A stretch of DNA of 63,112 nucleotides, filler included, from Lenisia limosa (lineage: Eukaryota > Protista > Breviatea): NCBI GenBank assembly GCA_001655205.1. It is 10 parts of 10 records of this genome, joined end to end, with 100 filler letters (N's around TTAATTAATTAA, not from the genome) between each part and the next. Parts side by side here need not be neighbours in the genome. Positions count along the whole stretch, not along the records: positions 1 to 3,573 come from LPNZ01010114.1; positions 3,674 to 15,718 come from LPNZ01004192.1; 8 more parts are not named here. One strand, given 5' to 3'. Position 1 is the first letter of the stretch, and every line of letters begins with the position of its first letter. Positions 1-12,169 of the stretch are shown here, one piece after another. The notes below the pieces were generated by a model, which did not search any database, had not been told where the DNA came from, and saw only the letters and a program-made list of their open reading frames with translations. Position numbers and translations under genes: made by a program.

Positions 1-139
1 TGGGAGGGGGGGAGGGAGGATAGATTACATTTTTACGAGAAAAAAAAAAGCCCAAAATCAAAAGATGGGTGAGCATAGGGGAAGGGGAGTGGATAATGTG
101 GGTGGTTGACACGTAAAAAAGACATCAGCCACCCACTTG

Positions 140-3028
140 GTGGTTACACAGCACCCCCCACCCATTTCCAGCTCGGATGGCATGTCGTAATCCACGTTCT
201 AAATATGTGAGTTGAGGGGCTATGTTAGTCCTATGATAGTAAAACTGAAGAAAAACAACAAAATTGCTTTTTTAAAATAAAAAAGAAGATTTTTGGGGTG
301 CATACACTGTAATGAACCCCTGAAGGAGCCGTGGTTTTGGCGTCATTGTGAGGCTGGAATAGGGACGAACGGGTCGCTTCGATCATCCTGGCGGNNNNNN
401 NNNNNNNNNNNNNNNNNNNNNNNNNNNNNNNNNNNNNNNNNNNNNNNNNNNNNNNNNNNNNNNNNNCAAGTGAAGCGTTTCACTGCTTTCTTTGAACACT
501 CCCATACAAGGTAACAAACGAAAATTCGATAACGAGGTGCAAGCAGAACAAAAAGGGAGATTTATGTCGTGTCTGGGTTTATATCCTGAGCTGTAGAAGG
601 CCAACACAGACTCCCCGAACATTCCATCAGGAGCCCGGGACACCTCATCAGGTTTCGTGGGGAGTTGGCTTCTTCCTGATATCTGTATGCATGAAACGGG
701 CTAACAAGAGCGTTTTTATCAAATAAGAGACATTGTATTCATAGCTGTGAAATGTTGGATATTATTAGACTGGTTTGATTTATCTGTCTGAGAAACGCCA
801 TTTATTACCAAATACTGGTTTAGTTTAACATGAGAGATAAGGCAAAACTGAATCCCTTGTCCGTCACTTAACAGGTTAAGGATGATGAGATTAAGGATGC
901 TGGGGCAACGCATACCCTAGGTGAGAGAGCTGGGAGGGCGCCGTGTGAGTCCTTTTGTAGTCTCTCCCAGTCCAAGTCCTGAGCCATAAAAAATAGAAAA
1001 AGAACCTTGAGCAACAAGAACAGGAATGGTGTATCCCTCCCCCCCCCCNNNNNNNNNNNNNNNNNNNNNNNNNNNNNNNNNNNNNNNNNNNNNNNNNNNN
1101 NNNNNNNNNNNNNNNNNNNNNNNNNNNNNNNNNNNNTCCGATTCCTGAATTGATGAGAGAGGTGATGAAGGTGTGGGGTGGGGTGGACGGCAATAGCAGG
1201 AGAATGGACGTCTTAAATTTATGTCTCTGGCAAACTGTGAAGAGCATTGCGCTTAGTATAAGTAGGGCTTCCCTACGGTCCTGAAAAAGACTGAATTTCT
1301 CGTTAAATTCTCGATAAATATCGATATTTTACCGGTCTTTTTCGGACCGTAGGAAAGCCCTAGGTTTAAGGAGGCATTATCTTATTTGTCAGGGTGAACC
1401 ATTTTACACCATATGTTCAACTTCCTTCTCCCTTTTTTCTACCCCCACTACCCCCACCTCATCAGATGAGCTGTCGGAGGGAGCGCTGTAATGGGGGGTG
1501 ACAAAAGGCTGCTCAACAACTGTGGAGGTTACAGGTAGGGCTTCACATCTTCGGTCCGAAAAAGACCAGTAAATATCGTTTTTGAGGATTTATCGAGACT
1601 AGTTATAGATATGATATGAAATAGTATTTCAAAGACCATCTGAAATTAAAAAAGTACATAGTATGTATTTGCCTACCCCCCCCCCCCACAGTCTTCAATT
1701 TGCCTAACTTCCNNNNNNNNNNNNNNNNNNNNNNNNNNNNNNNNNNNNNNNNNNNNNNNNNNNNNNNNNNNNNNNNNNNNNNNNNNNNNNNNNNNNNNNN
1801 NNNNNNNNNNCCACGGTCAGAACGGACTCCCCGCGCCGGATCGGTCCAACATCGTAGTCATCCGGGGGGATGGTGAAGTCGGAGGCGCTGCGCGCGAAGT
1901 CTTGGCATGATTGACGTGATTGTCTGTTAATGGGTTGGCGGTAATGCTGGTCTTTCTTTTTGGTCCGTTCGGTACGGGGTCGGTTGTCACTGAGAGACAT
2001 TTGCGAGGTGACTCCTTCATCTGATACCTGGGGATGATGATGATGACGATGATGATGACGATGGTGATGATGATGATGGTGATGATGATGATGGTGATGA
2101 TGATGATGGTGATGATGATGATGGTGATGATGATGATGATGGTAGTGGGTATCAAACATATAACCCCATCTTAGGGTGGTCCTCGCTGACCCCATGCCCC
2201 GATGTACGGCTTCATTTTGGTTCGAAAAATACTGGTAAAATATCGATAGCTTTCGAGGATTCATCTGAGAATTTCAGTCTTTTACGAAGTGAAGCCCTAG
2301 TGATAATATTATATAGTATATATTGTATGATATATTTTTCGATGGAAAAATTAATACTATAGTATATAAGTAGGTATGTAGTTTGATGACCGCCCCACTT
2401 GGGCCAAAACGCTGCTATCGAGAGTCATCTGAGACACCGCGACCGCCATTTGAAGATCATCTTCGAGCGTCAGCTGTGACCCCGGGTCCCGGACCAGGCT
2501 TGATGTTGACGGTGACAGTGTGGGCGGTGCGGTTTGAGGGGGCGTCACGGGGCTTTGGAGGTTGGAGTAGACGATTTTCGATGATGGCGGGACGGAGGAG
2601 TGTGGTCGTGGTTTAGGAGTAATGGCGTCGGCTGAGGGGTTAAAATTGGAAAAAAAGACAAATTTATGAAGCAAAAACCCCTGAATCAACTCTTTGTAAA
2701 CAACAAAACAAACAAGGCCTAGGCCAGTCGCTTTTGCAGTACCGCATCCCATTACTCCATCGTACACAATACTATTTTGCAAAACCCCGAGACACAATAA
2801 ATATTGAATAGTTGGGAGTGAAAAAAAGAAAGAAATATGATGGGGGTGGGGGGGGGGGGGNNNNNNNNNNNNNNNNNNNNNNNNNNNNNNNNNNNNNNNN
2901 NNNNNNNNNNNNNNNNNNNNNNNNNNNNNNNNNNNNNNNNNNNNNNNNNNNNNNNNNNNNNNNNNNNNNNNNNNNNNNNNNCAATCTGGAACTTTGCTGT
3001 TGGGAGGTTTGAGGGAAGTTGTGGCCAC
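140..3028 (-). CDS. Partial multi-exon gene (or genes); Pro/Ser-rich protein with a ubiquitin-interacting-motif-like helix
   Basis: GT-AG-bounded exons read on the minus strand, e.g. VATTSLKPPNSKVPD (from 3028), ADAITPKPRPHSSVPP...LTLEDDLQMAVAVSQMTLDSS (~2410-2631; EDDLQMAVAVSQ resembles the UIM consensus), DLDWERLQKDSHGALPALSPR (~915-978) and NVDYDMPSELEM (~165-200). Several gaps interrupt the model. Confidence 0.45.
1263..1362. mobile_element. MITE family 1 (hAT-type, ~100 bp)
   Basis: Imperfect ~28-bp TIRs TAGGGCTTCCCTACGGTCC..AAAAAGAC / GTCTTTTTCGGACCGTAGGAAAGCCCTA; flanks AGTATAAG/GGTTTAAG (6/8). Confidence 0.85.
1536..1608. mobile_element. MITE family 1, truncated copy
   Basis: TAGGGCTTCACATCTTCGGTCCGAAAAAGACC left end; the right TIR is missing. 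Confidence 0.7.
2034..2143. repeat. (GAT/GGT)n microsatellite, ~15-bp higher-order unit
   Basis: Repeats of GATGGTGATGATGAT directly upstream of an acceptor on the minus strand; a similar degenerate tract is at ~57843-57905. Confidence 0.9.
2205..2299. mobile_element. MITE family 1, diverged copy
   Basis: TACGGCTTCATTTTGGTTCGAAAAA ... CGAAGTGAAGCCCTA. Confidence 0.8.
2632..2770 (-). repeat. Introner-like repeat A, 3' part of intron
   Basis: Same core and tail ending CCCCTCAG at the acceptor of exon 2410-2631. Confidence 0.8.
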
Positions 3029-3058
3029 CTGGGAAATTAGTCACAAGGTTTGTCTACA

Positions 3059-3128
3059 GTCTTGGACAAAGATAAGTTTGAAGGACCGAATAGTCTTGGA
3101 CAAAGATAAGGCTTTGAAGGACCGAATA
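3059..3128. repeat. Tandem duplication, ~34 bp x2
   Basis: AGTCTTGGACAAAGATAAG(GC)TTTGAAGGACCGAAT twice. Confidence 0.85.
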
Positions 3129-3573
3129 ATATGATCATATGACCAAATAATGAGTCAAAATAATGAACGAGGGTCAATACCGAGTGTATTGGAGGATCAT
3201 TACTACTAATCACGCCTCCCCCTGTCGGTCAATTATACAAGTGGATATCAGGCATCTCACTGCGTGTAAATAATAGTTCACACGCATGAAAATGAACCAA
3301 AAAGTGAAAAACCAGATGCATGACTCTTAGGTTCGTGTAATTGTTTGAGAAATTGTTTTAATTATTGAAGTGCTAATATTGTATCCAAAACTCTATTACA
3401 CACTTTAATTTCAATGTCAATTAATTTTAACCACGGAGTAAAAAAAAGAATTGCCGTGGACAAACCTCTATTGCTGGTATGGTGAGAAGGAGGGAAAGAT
3501 CAGCCTTGTCAAATCTGCAGTCAGTAAGACAGCAAAGAGCGGGTGAATAGCAGTGTATGCACATAATATATAA

Positions 3574-3673
3574 NNNNNNNNNNNNNNNNNNNNNNNNNNN
3601 NNNNNNNNNNNNNNNNNTTAATTAATTAANNNNNNNNNNNNNNNNNNNNNNNNNNNNNNNNNNNNNNNNNNNN
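3574..3673. other. Artificial scaffold linker (N44-TTAATTAATTAA-N44)
   Basis: Exactly 44 N + TTAATTAATTAA (stops in all six frames) + 44 N. The same 100-bp linker recurs at 15719-15818, 25567-25666, 27659-27758, 36236-36335, 48230-48329, 51492-51591, 53236-53335 and 59061-59160, so the window holds 10 joined scaffolds of unknown true adjacency. Confidence 0.97.
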
Positions 3674-3675
3674 CA

Positions 3676-3872
3676 CTAATGGGGGGGGGGGGTAAAAGAG
3701 AAAATTTATGAATAAAAAAAGCCCAAAATCAACTCTGTTGGCTCACAACCAGGAGGGTTGATAACAACAAACAAAACAAACAAAGTCCAGTCAAGTCGCT
3801 TCTGTATCACCGCATCCCATCACTCCAGCGTACAAAGGGAAACCACCACCACGCCAGACCAATTCAACCCAC
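3676..3872 (-). mobile_element. Introner-like repeat A forming a whole ~197-bp intron
   Basis: GTGGGT donor at 3872, then core TGGAGTGATGGGATGCGG..CAGAAGCGACT..TTTGTTTGTTTTG..CAACCCT..GCCAACAGAGTTGATTTTGGGCTTTTTT..TCATAAATTTTC, then C-run and TAG. The acceptor lies at the scaffold edge and is less certain. Confidence 0.6.
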
Positions 3873-6800
3873 CACGACGGGATTGAAGCCGCTCCTGAAA
3901 AGGCCGGACCGCAAGTGGCCGACGGAAGAGACGACGCCATCCAGCCGACGGCTCAGAGTAGTGACGTCAACGACAAGGTCCAGCCAGCGCGTAGTGACGG
4001 CAGTCATAATGGCCTCGGCTCGGGTTGTAAGATCCGATAGGGGGGCAGGTGTCGTGCCAGGCTACAGGTCACGTCATTCGATATATGAGGCAAAATAAGT
4101 AATGTGTGTCAAGCGTGTATTGTATTATAAAGCTGAGTCATTTGTACCAGGTCTTGAATCATGAGCGTATTTACTGAAAGAGCCCTCACGTACCACAGTT
4201 GAAATGAGTCGTGTAACCTCGTCGCGCAGAATTTCAACAACCGCCTTATCAGCTGACTGCTCCAGCGACGACGCTGCTCGGAGCCCCGATCTCAAATGCT
4301 CCGGCGGCCTGCGTTGTGAGTCATCATTATATACACTGCAGTATTACAGAACCTCCCCCCCAGCCAACAGATCGAGAGATCCGTCCTTGTTAAGAGGAGG
4401 GACAGCAACGATATCCGACGGAAGAGGCTGTGCTTCGCGAAGATTGCCCTCCAGAAGCTCGACCTTCTCAATGGTTTGTGAATGCTGGGACTCCAACCGG
4501 GCGTTCTCCTCTGCAGCCCTCTCCAGCGCGGCCCGGAGACAAGCTGTCGTCCCAGCCAGCGTTGCTACCTCGTCTAGCGCATTGTCACGTGCACGCCGGA
4601 TATGGGCAGCGTCCGCCTGCAGACGCTGAAGCCTGTCCGTGAGGGCGTGTTTGGCAGACTTGACCGCGACGGGGTTAGGATCGAACAATTCGCCGGTCGG
4701 TTCGTCACTGCTCCGGCGATAGCGAGTGAGTAGCGCAGTGGCCTGCTCGAGCTCCTGCTGAAGGAGCAGAAGTGCCTCGTGGGACTCGTCATCGTGCTGT
4801 GTGGCGTCGGTGGCGGAGATGGCGTCACGCTACGGAGGGGTGAGTGTATGGGAGTAAAGATCAGCTCTATTGGTTAAATGCTGGGGGAGGGTGGGTAGAG
4901 AAAAAACAAATAGTAGCTATATTGGCTAAACAATCTCAGAATAAATCAAGGCAAAATTTGAGATACATCCGAGTAAAAAGTAGTGAAAAAAGGCAAAAAA
5001 CAAACCACCCAACAGTTTGAGGTTGTGCTTCAGCAAGCTTTATTGACTCCTTTGCAACAGAAAGATCATGGTTCAAGGAAGTGATCGTTGATCTAAGATC
5101 TCTGTGACTTTCAATATAGGCTTCCAAGTCGGCCCTGACAAGAGACAGTTCTTCGGTCCGGGTTTGGAGCAGCTTTTCTGTTTCACTTCTGCCGATTTGG
5201 GCAGCATTGAGTTCATCACGCAAAACAGGCGTCACGTTAGCCACGTGCATCTTGGCTATCTGCGACGCAGCAACCTCTATCTCATCCTCAAGGTCAGCAA
5301 TGTGGTTGTTTAGATCATTGACAACATTGACATGATCACCCTCCTTGTCAAGGGCATCGGAAAGGTCGGCCCGGGTACTTAGCAGTTCAGTTCGTAACTG
5401 GGTGACCTCCTCTGTTGCCTCAGTCAGGAATTGACGTAACTGTGTCACCTCATCGGAACTTGTGATAGTGTCATGCAGAAGGCTTTGAAGATCGGCTGTT
5501 TGGTCAGAAGACACCTTCTTGAGTGCCTCGAGCGCTGCCTTAGCCTCATTTGCGTCACGTGTCGCACTTGCAATCATTTCATTCAACTGCGCATTATCCT
5601 GTTGTGCCACTACCAACAAAGCCGCACCGGTCTGACTCGCCTTATCTGCCTCCACCTGTAAGGCCTCCAATGCGGACTGGGAGACGGTGAGTTCGTCCCG
5701 GGCCTCCTTGGCTTGCGTTCGCGATTGCGATAGCTCATCAATTACTTCGGCCAGGCGGTCTTCAAGTTCCATTTTGTCCTCTGTCAAATCCTTGCTTGCC
5801 GCTTGAAGGGCACTGGTTTGCTCCTGAGCTGCCTGTAGGGCGTCTTGAGCGGTGTGAAGCTTGGTTTGAAGATCCAAAATCTCATCAGTCTAGTTTGTTA
5901 GATCGGAAAGGAGCCAAGACAACAACCCACATTGTCAGGAGGGACATGAAGAGCTTCTGTCATTGTTGACGAGGAGGTCTGCAAAGTGAGATCGAGACTC
6001 TATGAGGGCAGCCATCATTCATAACACAAACACAAACTTTGAGAACTGTTCTCGTCTTTGGTGGTAAACGCGCCTTCTTCAGATCAAATCTCAGAGTACG
6101 GTTCTCCTCCTAATCGGTTACTTTCACTTCATCAAAGAGGAAGTACATTATGCTGTAAGTGAACAAAGTTGAAGCATGTCGTACCTTCAACGCATCCACA
6201 CGAAGTCTCAAAGATTCGACCATGGCAGCCGCCGCGTTGTTGCGGCTCTCGTTGTGCATAAGCACTTCCTGCAGTTCGCTTTGGACCGCCTTCGTGCGGA
6301 GGCGTTCGGAGCCAAGCAGAGCAATCATATCTGCCACTTCAGCCCTCAAGGACTGAGCTGCTTGATCGGAAGAGTCTTGTGTTGACTGCAGCTGGAGATC
6401 AAGCTCGGCACAACTTGCTTCAAGTTTCCTGTTCTCAGCTCGGAGCATCCTTTCGTTGTCCACAGCATGGAGTAATTCCGACTTGAGCTCGGAAACAACA
6501 TCGGTGGCGGCGGCGGGGTGTGGGGTTTCAGCCTACATGAGATAAGACTCCTTAAGGCTGAAATCTTTGATAAACCTGGATTCTTATCATCATCTATGTT
6601 TACCCCTCATACCAATTGTAGGTCAACAATTTTGGACTCAAGGGAGCGGACAGTTGCCATATTTGCTGAAGCCATCTCAACTTGTTCCTTCTCTAGATCC
6701 TTAATTCTTTGTTCCAGCTCCGAAAGTTGTTCGAAGTGGGCATTTTCCTTCTTCAAGGCTGCAGTTTGCAGACCACTGAGATCGTTTTTGTAGTGTTCAA

Positions 6801-9800
6801 TGAGATCCTGGGTGTCTGTATTGCCCTGAAGGTCCGAAGAAAGATGGCCAAGCCGTTCCGTTAGCTCGGTGATCTGCTGAGAGGCCTTCATGTTGGTTGC
6901 CTCAAGATCCCTAGATCAAATAAATCAACCAAATCAAGACTTAACACAGTTGTAGATGGTCAATTCATCAAAAATCCTGACCCACCTCATCATTCTTTTG
7001 TATTTCATTTCGGATTCTGTTGGCAGTAGTGCAGGTTCTGTACTTGTGCTTGTGGAAACTAAAATGTCACCTTTCGCTTTCGTCAAAATGACGAACTATT
7101 TTTAGAGGAGATCGATCTAGTGATATTCGAACTTGATTGTATTATATAGCCGTTGAATCAAACTAACCTTGCAAACGAGCCGTATTCTGAGTCCTCTTGA
7201 GTTTTTGCAGCTCCGTAATCTGGAGAATGGCAATATCAGCCTCTGTCCTCAGGTCATCATTTTCCTTCGACACTCTCTCCAGAGACTTTGTTGCAGTCAC
7301 GAGGTCAACCTCAAGTGTCTCAATGTTCTTCTGTAATTCAGCCTTCTGCTTCCTTGTCGACGTCTCAACAACAGCCAAACGCTCGAGGAGCTCCGAGTGC
7401 ACTGTGTCGTTGGTTGTCCCCTCCTGCTTTGTCAGCTGTTTCAATGGCCGCACGTGGGGGTCTATCATAAGTAACACCGCATTGTAATATGAGATAAGAG
7501 CCAATTATAATTAAAAAACAAATCACATTGAAAAAGAATGTTCCCCTCACCAATTCGCGGAGTGCTGCTAATTCAGTTGTTGCCATCTCCACACGCTCCT
7601 CCAAAGCCTGGCACATGGCCTTGAGTTCGGCTGCTTGAGCCTCTGCATGCTCCTTTTTCACTGTCGCAGCAGCAAGGCCAGCTTCGGCATTCTCAGCACG
7701 GGTCCGGTATGATGACGACAGCTCCTTTAATGACGGCCCGGATGACACGTGTTGTCCGGTCAGCGCAAGAAGTTCCTCCGACATATCTAAGACTCTATGC
7801 TGAAGGTGGTTCACTGACTCCTCAGCCACTTCGCGCCGCGAGACTTCGGCTGCCAGTTTCGACTCTGAAATGGCTTTTTGGGCACTTAGCTCGTTTTGAG
7901 CCGAATCAAGGGCCTTACGCGCGTCAGAAAGCTGCGTGAGTGCCAAGTTGAGTTCATCAGAAGAAGCAGCACTTGCCTCTGTAGAGTCAGAACCCGACAC
8001 ACTGGGCCGGCGGAACGATGTTAGCAGCTTCTCCGAGGCAACTGCTAGTTCATCCTCAAGAAGAGAAATTTGATCCTGAATCGTGAAAAAAAACAAAAAC
8101 ATATTTTACTTTTAAAATTGAACAAAAAAACAAATATTTGAAACAAGTATTTCAAAGGGATAAACTCTCAACAACTATCATAAATCCATTTTGTGAAGTG
8201 TCAAACGCTTAAACAATACAAGCCACACCAACCTGAAGAGACTCGATAGTTTCTTGTGAGCGATTGTCAGCAGCCCTAGCTTCGGCAACGATTTGCTGTA
8301 ACTCGGTAACTTGATCCAAAAGATCCGATGATTGAGAAGGCTCGGAGTCAGTGAAACTTTCATCTTCTGGCTCGAAAGCATGTTCAGATTCGAGATTTGA
8401 AATCCGAGACAGGTTTTTCTGGCCTTCCTTTTTCAGATCTTTGATCAACTCATTGGCCTTAGCATTTTGGTCTTTTTCGGTCAAGAGGGCGAACCGCGTG
8501 GATTCTTGCTCCAAGTGCACTTGGTCAAGCTCATTCCTCAACGCTGTGATCATTTGATCTCTTTCGGCCTCAAGAACGGACTTTGAAGCGTGAAGATCTT
8601 CGATCTGCACTGTCAGAGTATCCACCTCTGCATGAGCAGTTTGCAGCTTTGAAACCAGAAGGGCGGTTTCAGTTTCCGAATTCAGCAGCCGATCCCGTAG
8701 ATCTGACATTTCGGCGTCAGAAGACTCCATAGCACCGATCTGGCTCTGAAGATGATCACGTGACTTCGTTGTCTCAGCAAGTTGATGGATGGCAGAGTCG
8801 CACTCCGTTTGCAGGCTGCGGATAGTTGCCAGCATTTGTGTTGTGGCCGGTTCTGAAGACTCCGTTGCTGCGGCCTGTGCGGTAGCCTTCCAAATCAATA
8901 TGATAATGGGGAAATCAAAAGAAAGATATCTGTATATTTAGTGTTCAATTGTGAACATAATCTTCTCCATGCCACAAAACCAAAAATATATATATATATA
9001 GAAATACAATGAAGCCAATTATAGACCCCCAACCAGCTGGTTCTTGAGGGAGGCATGTTCCTTAGTCAAAGTGGCAGTCTTTTGTCTTTCGTTAATAAGA
9101 AGCGTTTGTGCTTGTTCCAATGTAGCACGTTGTCTTTTTAATGACTCAAGCTCGGCATCCATAGTTTTAATCTTTTGCCGCTCCCTGATCAGCATTTCCG
9201 CAGCAAGGTTTCTTTCTTCTTCAGCCTCAGAAACGAACAACTTCTGAAGCTGAACCTGCAAAATGTCAGTGTTTCCATTACATAAATTAATAAGAATCAA
9301 AACGAATGGCTACGAGCTCACTATATGTTACACTACGAATCCGTAACTCTTCTGTAAAAACAACCCCAAATCTTCCAACCTCAGCAGTCAGCTCAGTGTT
9401 TTGTTCGAAAATCTGGGTGACCAAGTCCCTCGCGTGTTGCCGCCCCTTGAGTAGAGAAGAGAGCCCATGGTGTATTGTAGAGAAAGTGTCACTAAGAGCA
9501 GAGGGAACATCGAAATCTTCAACGGAGGGGAAGGGGTACTGCGTTATCAAAACAAAGTAGTCATATTTGCGAACAAGTTGGACGCTTACATCATTCATAC
9601 TACTGACAAGTTTGGCTACTGAGTTTTGGAACTCAGGAAGGTCGTCCGGGGTTGGTGACTGCGAAGTAAAATTGTAATAAAAAACAGTTAAAAAAAATAC
9701 AAATATGTCGGCGCCAATCAAGCCTACCTTGGCGGTTTCGTTGCTAATTCGCTCCTGTAAAATGTGTAGTTCATTGTCAAGCCTCTCGTTACTACTGCGT

Positions 9801-10460
9801 CAATTATGTACAAATACATGGCAAATAGCCCACTACTCCCCACTTACGATTCTTTCAGGTCCTTATTCTCAATTTCAAGAGTGAGACGCGCCTCCGATAT
9901 CTGTGAACCAAGGAGCTGGTTTTCAACTAGCGCCACTTCTGTTATTTGTGATAAACAGAGGGATGTAACTGATAACGGAAAGGATTATAAACACCAGTCA
10001 CTTACCAGTTTTTGACGAACGTTCTTGAGACTGCTCCAATGCCTAGACAGTGAAGCCTCTACTATCCAGGTATGAACATAACATGGAATAAAAAGGTTAA
10101 AATCTGACCCAACGCTAACCAGCAGAGCGTCACTGAGTCGCTGTGTGAGGTCGTTGATGTGATCTCTGATCTGTGCGTGCTGACCCTTCAAAGCCGATGG
10201 CTCAGGCATAACCCAATGAGCAAGCTTGACCGGGATGGTAGCCATTTGCTGCAGCACCGTGCGTGACGTCTGCGCCTCATCTGCTAAATGAACGCATGGA
10301 GCTACACACTGACCATGCCTTGTCCACACCTTTCCCCATACGGTGTACGAAATAAGGGTTCTCGACGTGGCTTGTAGGCGGGAAAGTGATTCCACTTGGT
10401 GATGAAGAAATGGACTTCAGCGTCTCAATATCAACGTTACTCAGGTCCACTTCGTCTAAA
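3873..10460 (-). CDS. Large multi-exon coiled-coil protein (myosin-tail/golgin-like), partial
   Basis: Many long minus-strand exons of heptad-rich E/L/A/Q/K sequence (4936-5877, 6110-6463, 6607-6891, 7365-8102, 8209-8898 and others). Where checked, they join in frame across GT-AG introns (e.g. ...RLISTV|PGTTPAPL...). The 3' end runs into the scaffold end. No family can be named. Confidence 0.8.
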
Positions 10461-11095
10461 GAGATAATATGCTATACGATCTTCACTCAAATAACCTGGC
10501 ACATAAGAGCCCTTTTTGTCTACTATTGGTTGCTGCTTCACATGCCACTCACATTTTTTTTGAGAACAAGGATGTAAAAGTATCAATTAATTGAGGAAGA
10601 AAGATACAAATAATGCACATTCTGTACAGGGAGATCATTCAAATGTGTAATCATTCCACTTTCTCAAATATTAAAATGTACTCCCATTAAAAAAAGAGAT
10701 CCTGGAATAAACAAAAAATCCCCTAATTGATATAATCAGTTTTTTTTACCCTTGCTGAGAAACACCCCAAACCTGGCCGAGGCTCAAACGAAGCACCTCT
10801 TGGAGTGGTCATACTAACCCACTACTCATTTTGTTTCTTGGTCAAAAGGATAGAAAGAACTGACAAAACTGGTTCGCTTCTTTTACTCCAAAAAAATTCC
10901 TTGCAAAAAATAAAGTATCATGAAGTCTGCATGAAGTATTTAATATTAATAAGAGTAGAGATCTGATAGAGATGAAAGGGAGAGCAAAGAGAAAAAAGAG
11001 AGCAACATCAATTGAGAGTTGTTCACTTCCCCATGTACATTTTTACCTTATTGATTTTTTTTTCTTTTTTTCGTGCCTGTTTCATCAACATCAAA

Positions 11096-11832
11096 ATGGT
11101 ATGTTTTTAATGATGTGTTTTTCTTTATGCTGGTGCGGATTTTACTGTTTGAAGAATCTTCAAGATCTAATCTTTTTAGGGAGAATTTCAACAAGGACTT
11201 TGCGGCTGGTAAATGGGATATTTAATAGAGATAAGAACAATTGACGGGGTAATGCCAACATTTCTGACAACCTAGCTTCAATGACCCTCTTAACTGCCTG
11301 TTGACATGCTTCTGCCCCTGCGTCACTTTTGGACAGGCTTGCAATGGAATGGATGAGTCCAAAAACTGCATCCTCTGCGGTTGCGCGTTAGCAGGGGATC
11401 TTTGTTTATTCCGCCCCATTAGTGATTTAGTTCTAACTTTACAGGTACATTCTCTCTTGCGGTTTGGGAGTCATGTGCCTCCGTACTGATGCTCGTAAGA
11501 CCTACAACATTGATGGAGGCGCGTGGGTGGGGTGATGAATGTCACGTTGATCATCAGTAGGCTTGTTTTGACACGTGTTTTCTCTACTTCCCTAACTCCC
11601 TAATTATCAAATCATTGCTTTGTTATGGTATCGGTGTTTTTTTTTGTGAACTTAAATGCCTGAACGGCTTATGGCTTGGAGATTGCTCCTCCTAGCCTGA
11701 TTCTGACTATGACTATCCAGCTGTGGTGATTTCCTCTGCATGTGCTGCTGCAACCCTTGCACCATCTGCCAAGTCAAGGCTGAGGTCGACAACAACAGCG
11801 GTGGTGCCCCCGGTGGTGGTGCCAAGATGTAA
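11096..11832 (+). CDS. PLAC8-family (cornifelin/PCR-like) cysteine-rich protein, 5 coding exons
   Basis: Manual splicing gives M|GEFQQGLCGC|FNDPLNCLLTCFCPCVTFGQACNGMDESKNCILCGCA|YILSCGLGVMCLRTDARKTYNIDGGA|CGDFLCMCCCNPCTICQVKAEVDNNSGGAPGGGAKM*. The CxxxxxCPCxxFGQ and CxxCQxxxE motifs are PLAC8 hallmarks. Confidence 0.9.
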
Positions 11833-12084
11833 ATGTACCTTCTGTCTTATGGTGTGTTTTGTATATTCATTTCTCTCTCTCAAACTAAGAAACAATTATA
11901 TTACATCTTAGAAATAAGAAAGGGAAACATACTGTACACAAAACTATCAGAAACAAATCAAAATTAAATACTCTCTAGGTTCCTTTCACATTGTTAATAA
12001 CTGTGCTTGCAAACCTACAATATTACCAAAAACAATATTCCAAGCTAACCGACGGTAATTTTTGGTCTATTATTTTGAGCCTAG

Positions 12085-12163
12085 AAAGAAAAGTCTGGAT
12101 TTCTCGATAAATATTCACTAAATATCGGTATTCATTGATCTTTTTGGACCAAAGTGAAGCCCT
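12085..12163. mobile_element. MITE family 1, degenerate copy
   Basis: GATTTCTCGATAAATAT ... CTTTTTGGACCAAAGTGAAGCCCTG. Confidence 0.65.
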
Positions 12164-12169
12164 GTTATT

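Noticed and set aside
1704-2264. Poly-His ORF (and poly-Ile/Thr ORF 1817-2155)
   Set aside because: These are translations of a (CAT/CAC)n microsatellite lying just upstream of a CCCCAG acceptor, and the ORF start sits in a MITE. It is most likely intronic.
3618-3629. Recurrent TTAATTAATTAA palindrome and ORFs ending '...LIN'
   Set aside because: It is always centred in an exact 100-bp N block, so it is an artificial contig joiner.
11713-11895. Minus-strand ORF as the last exon of the ARM gene
   Set aside because: The opposite strand encodes the Cys-rich PLAC8 terminal exon, which explains the region better.
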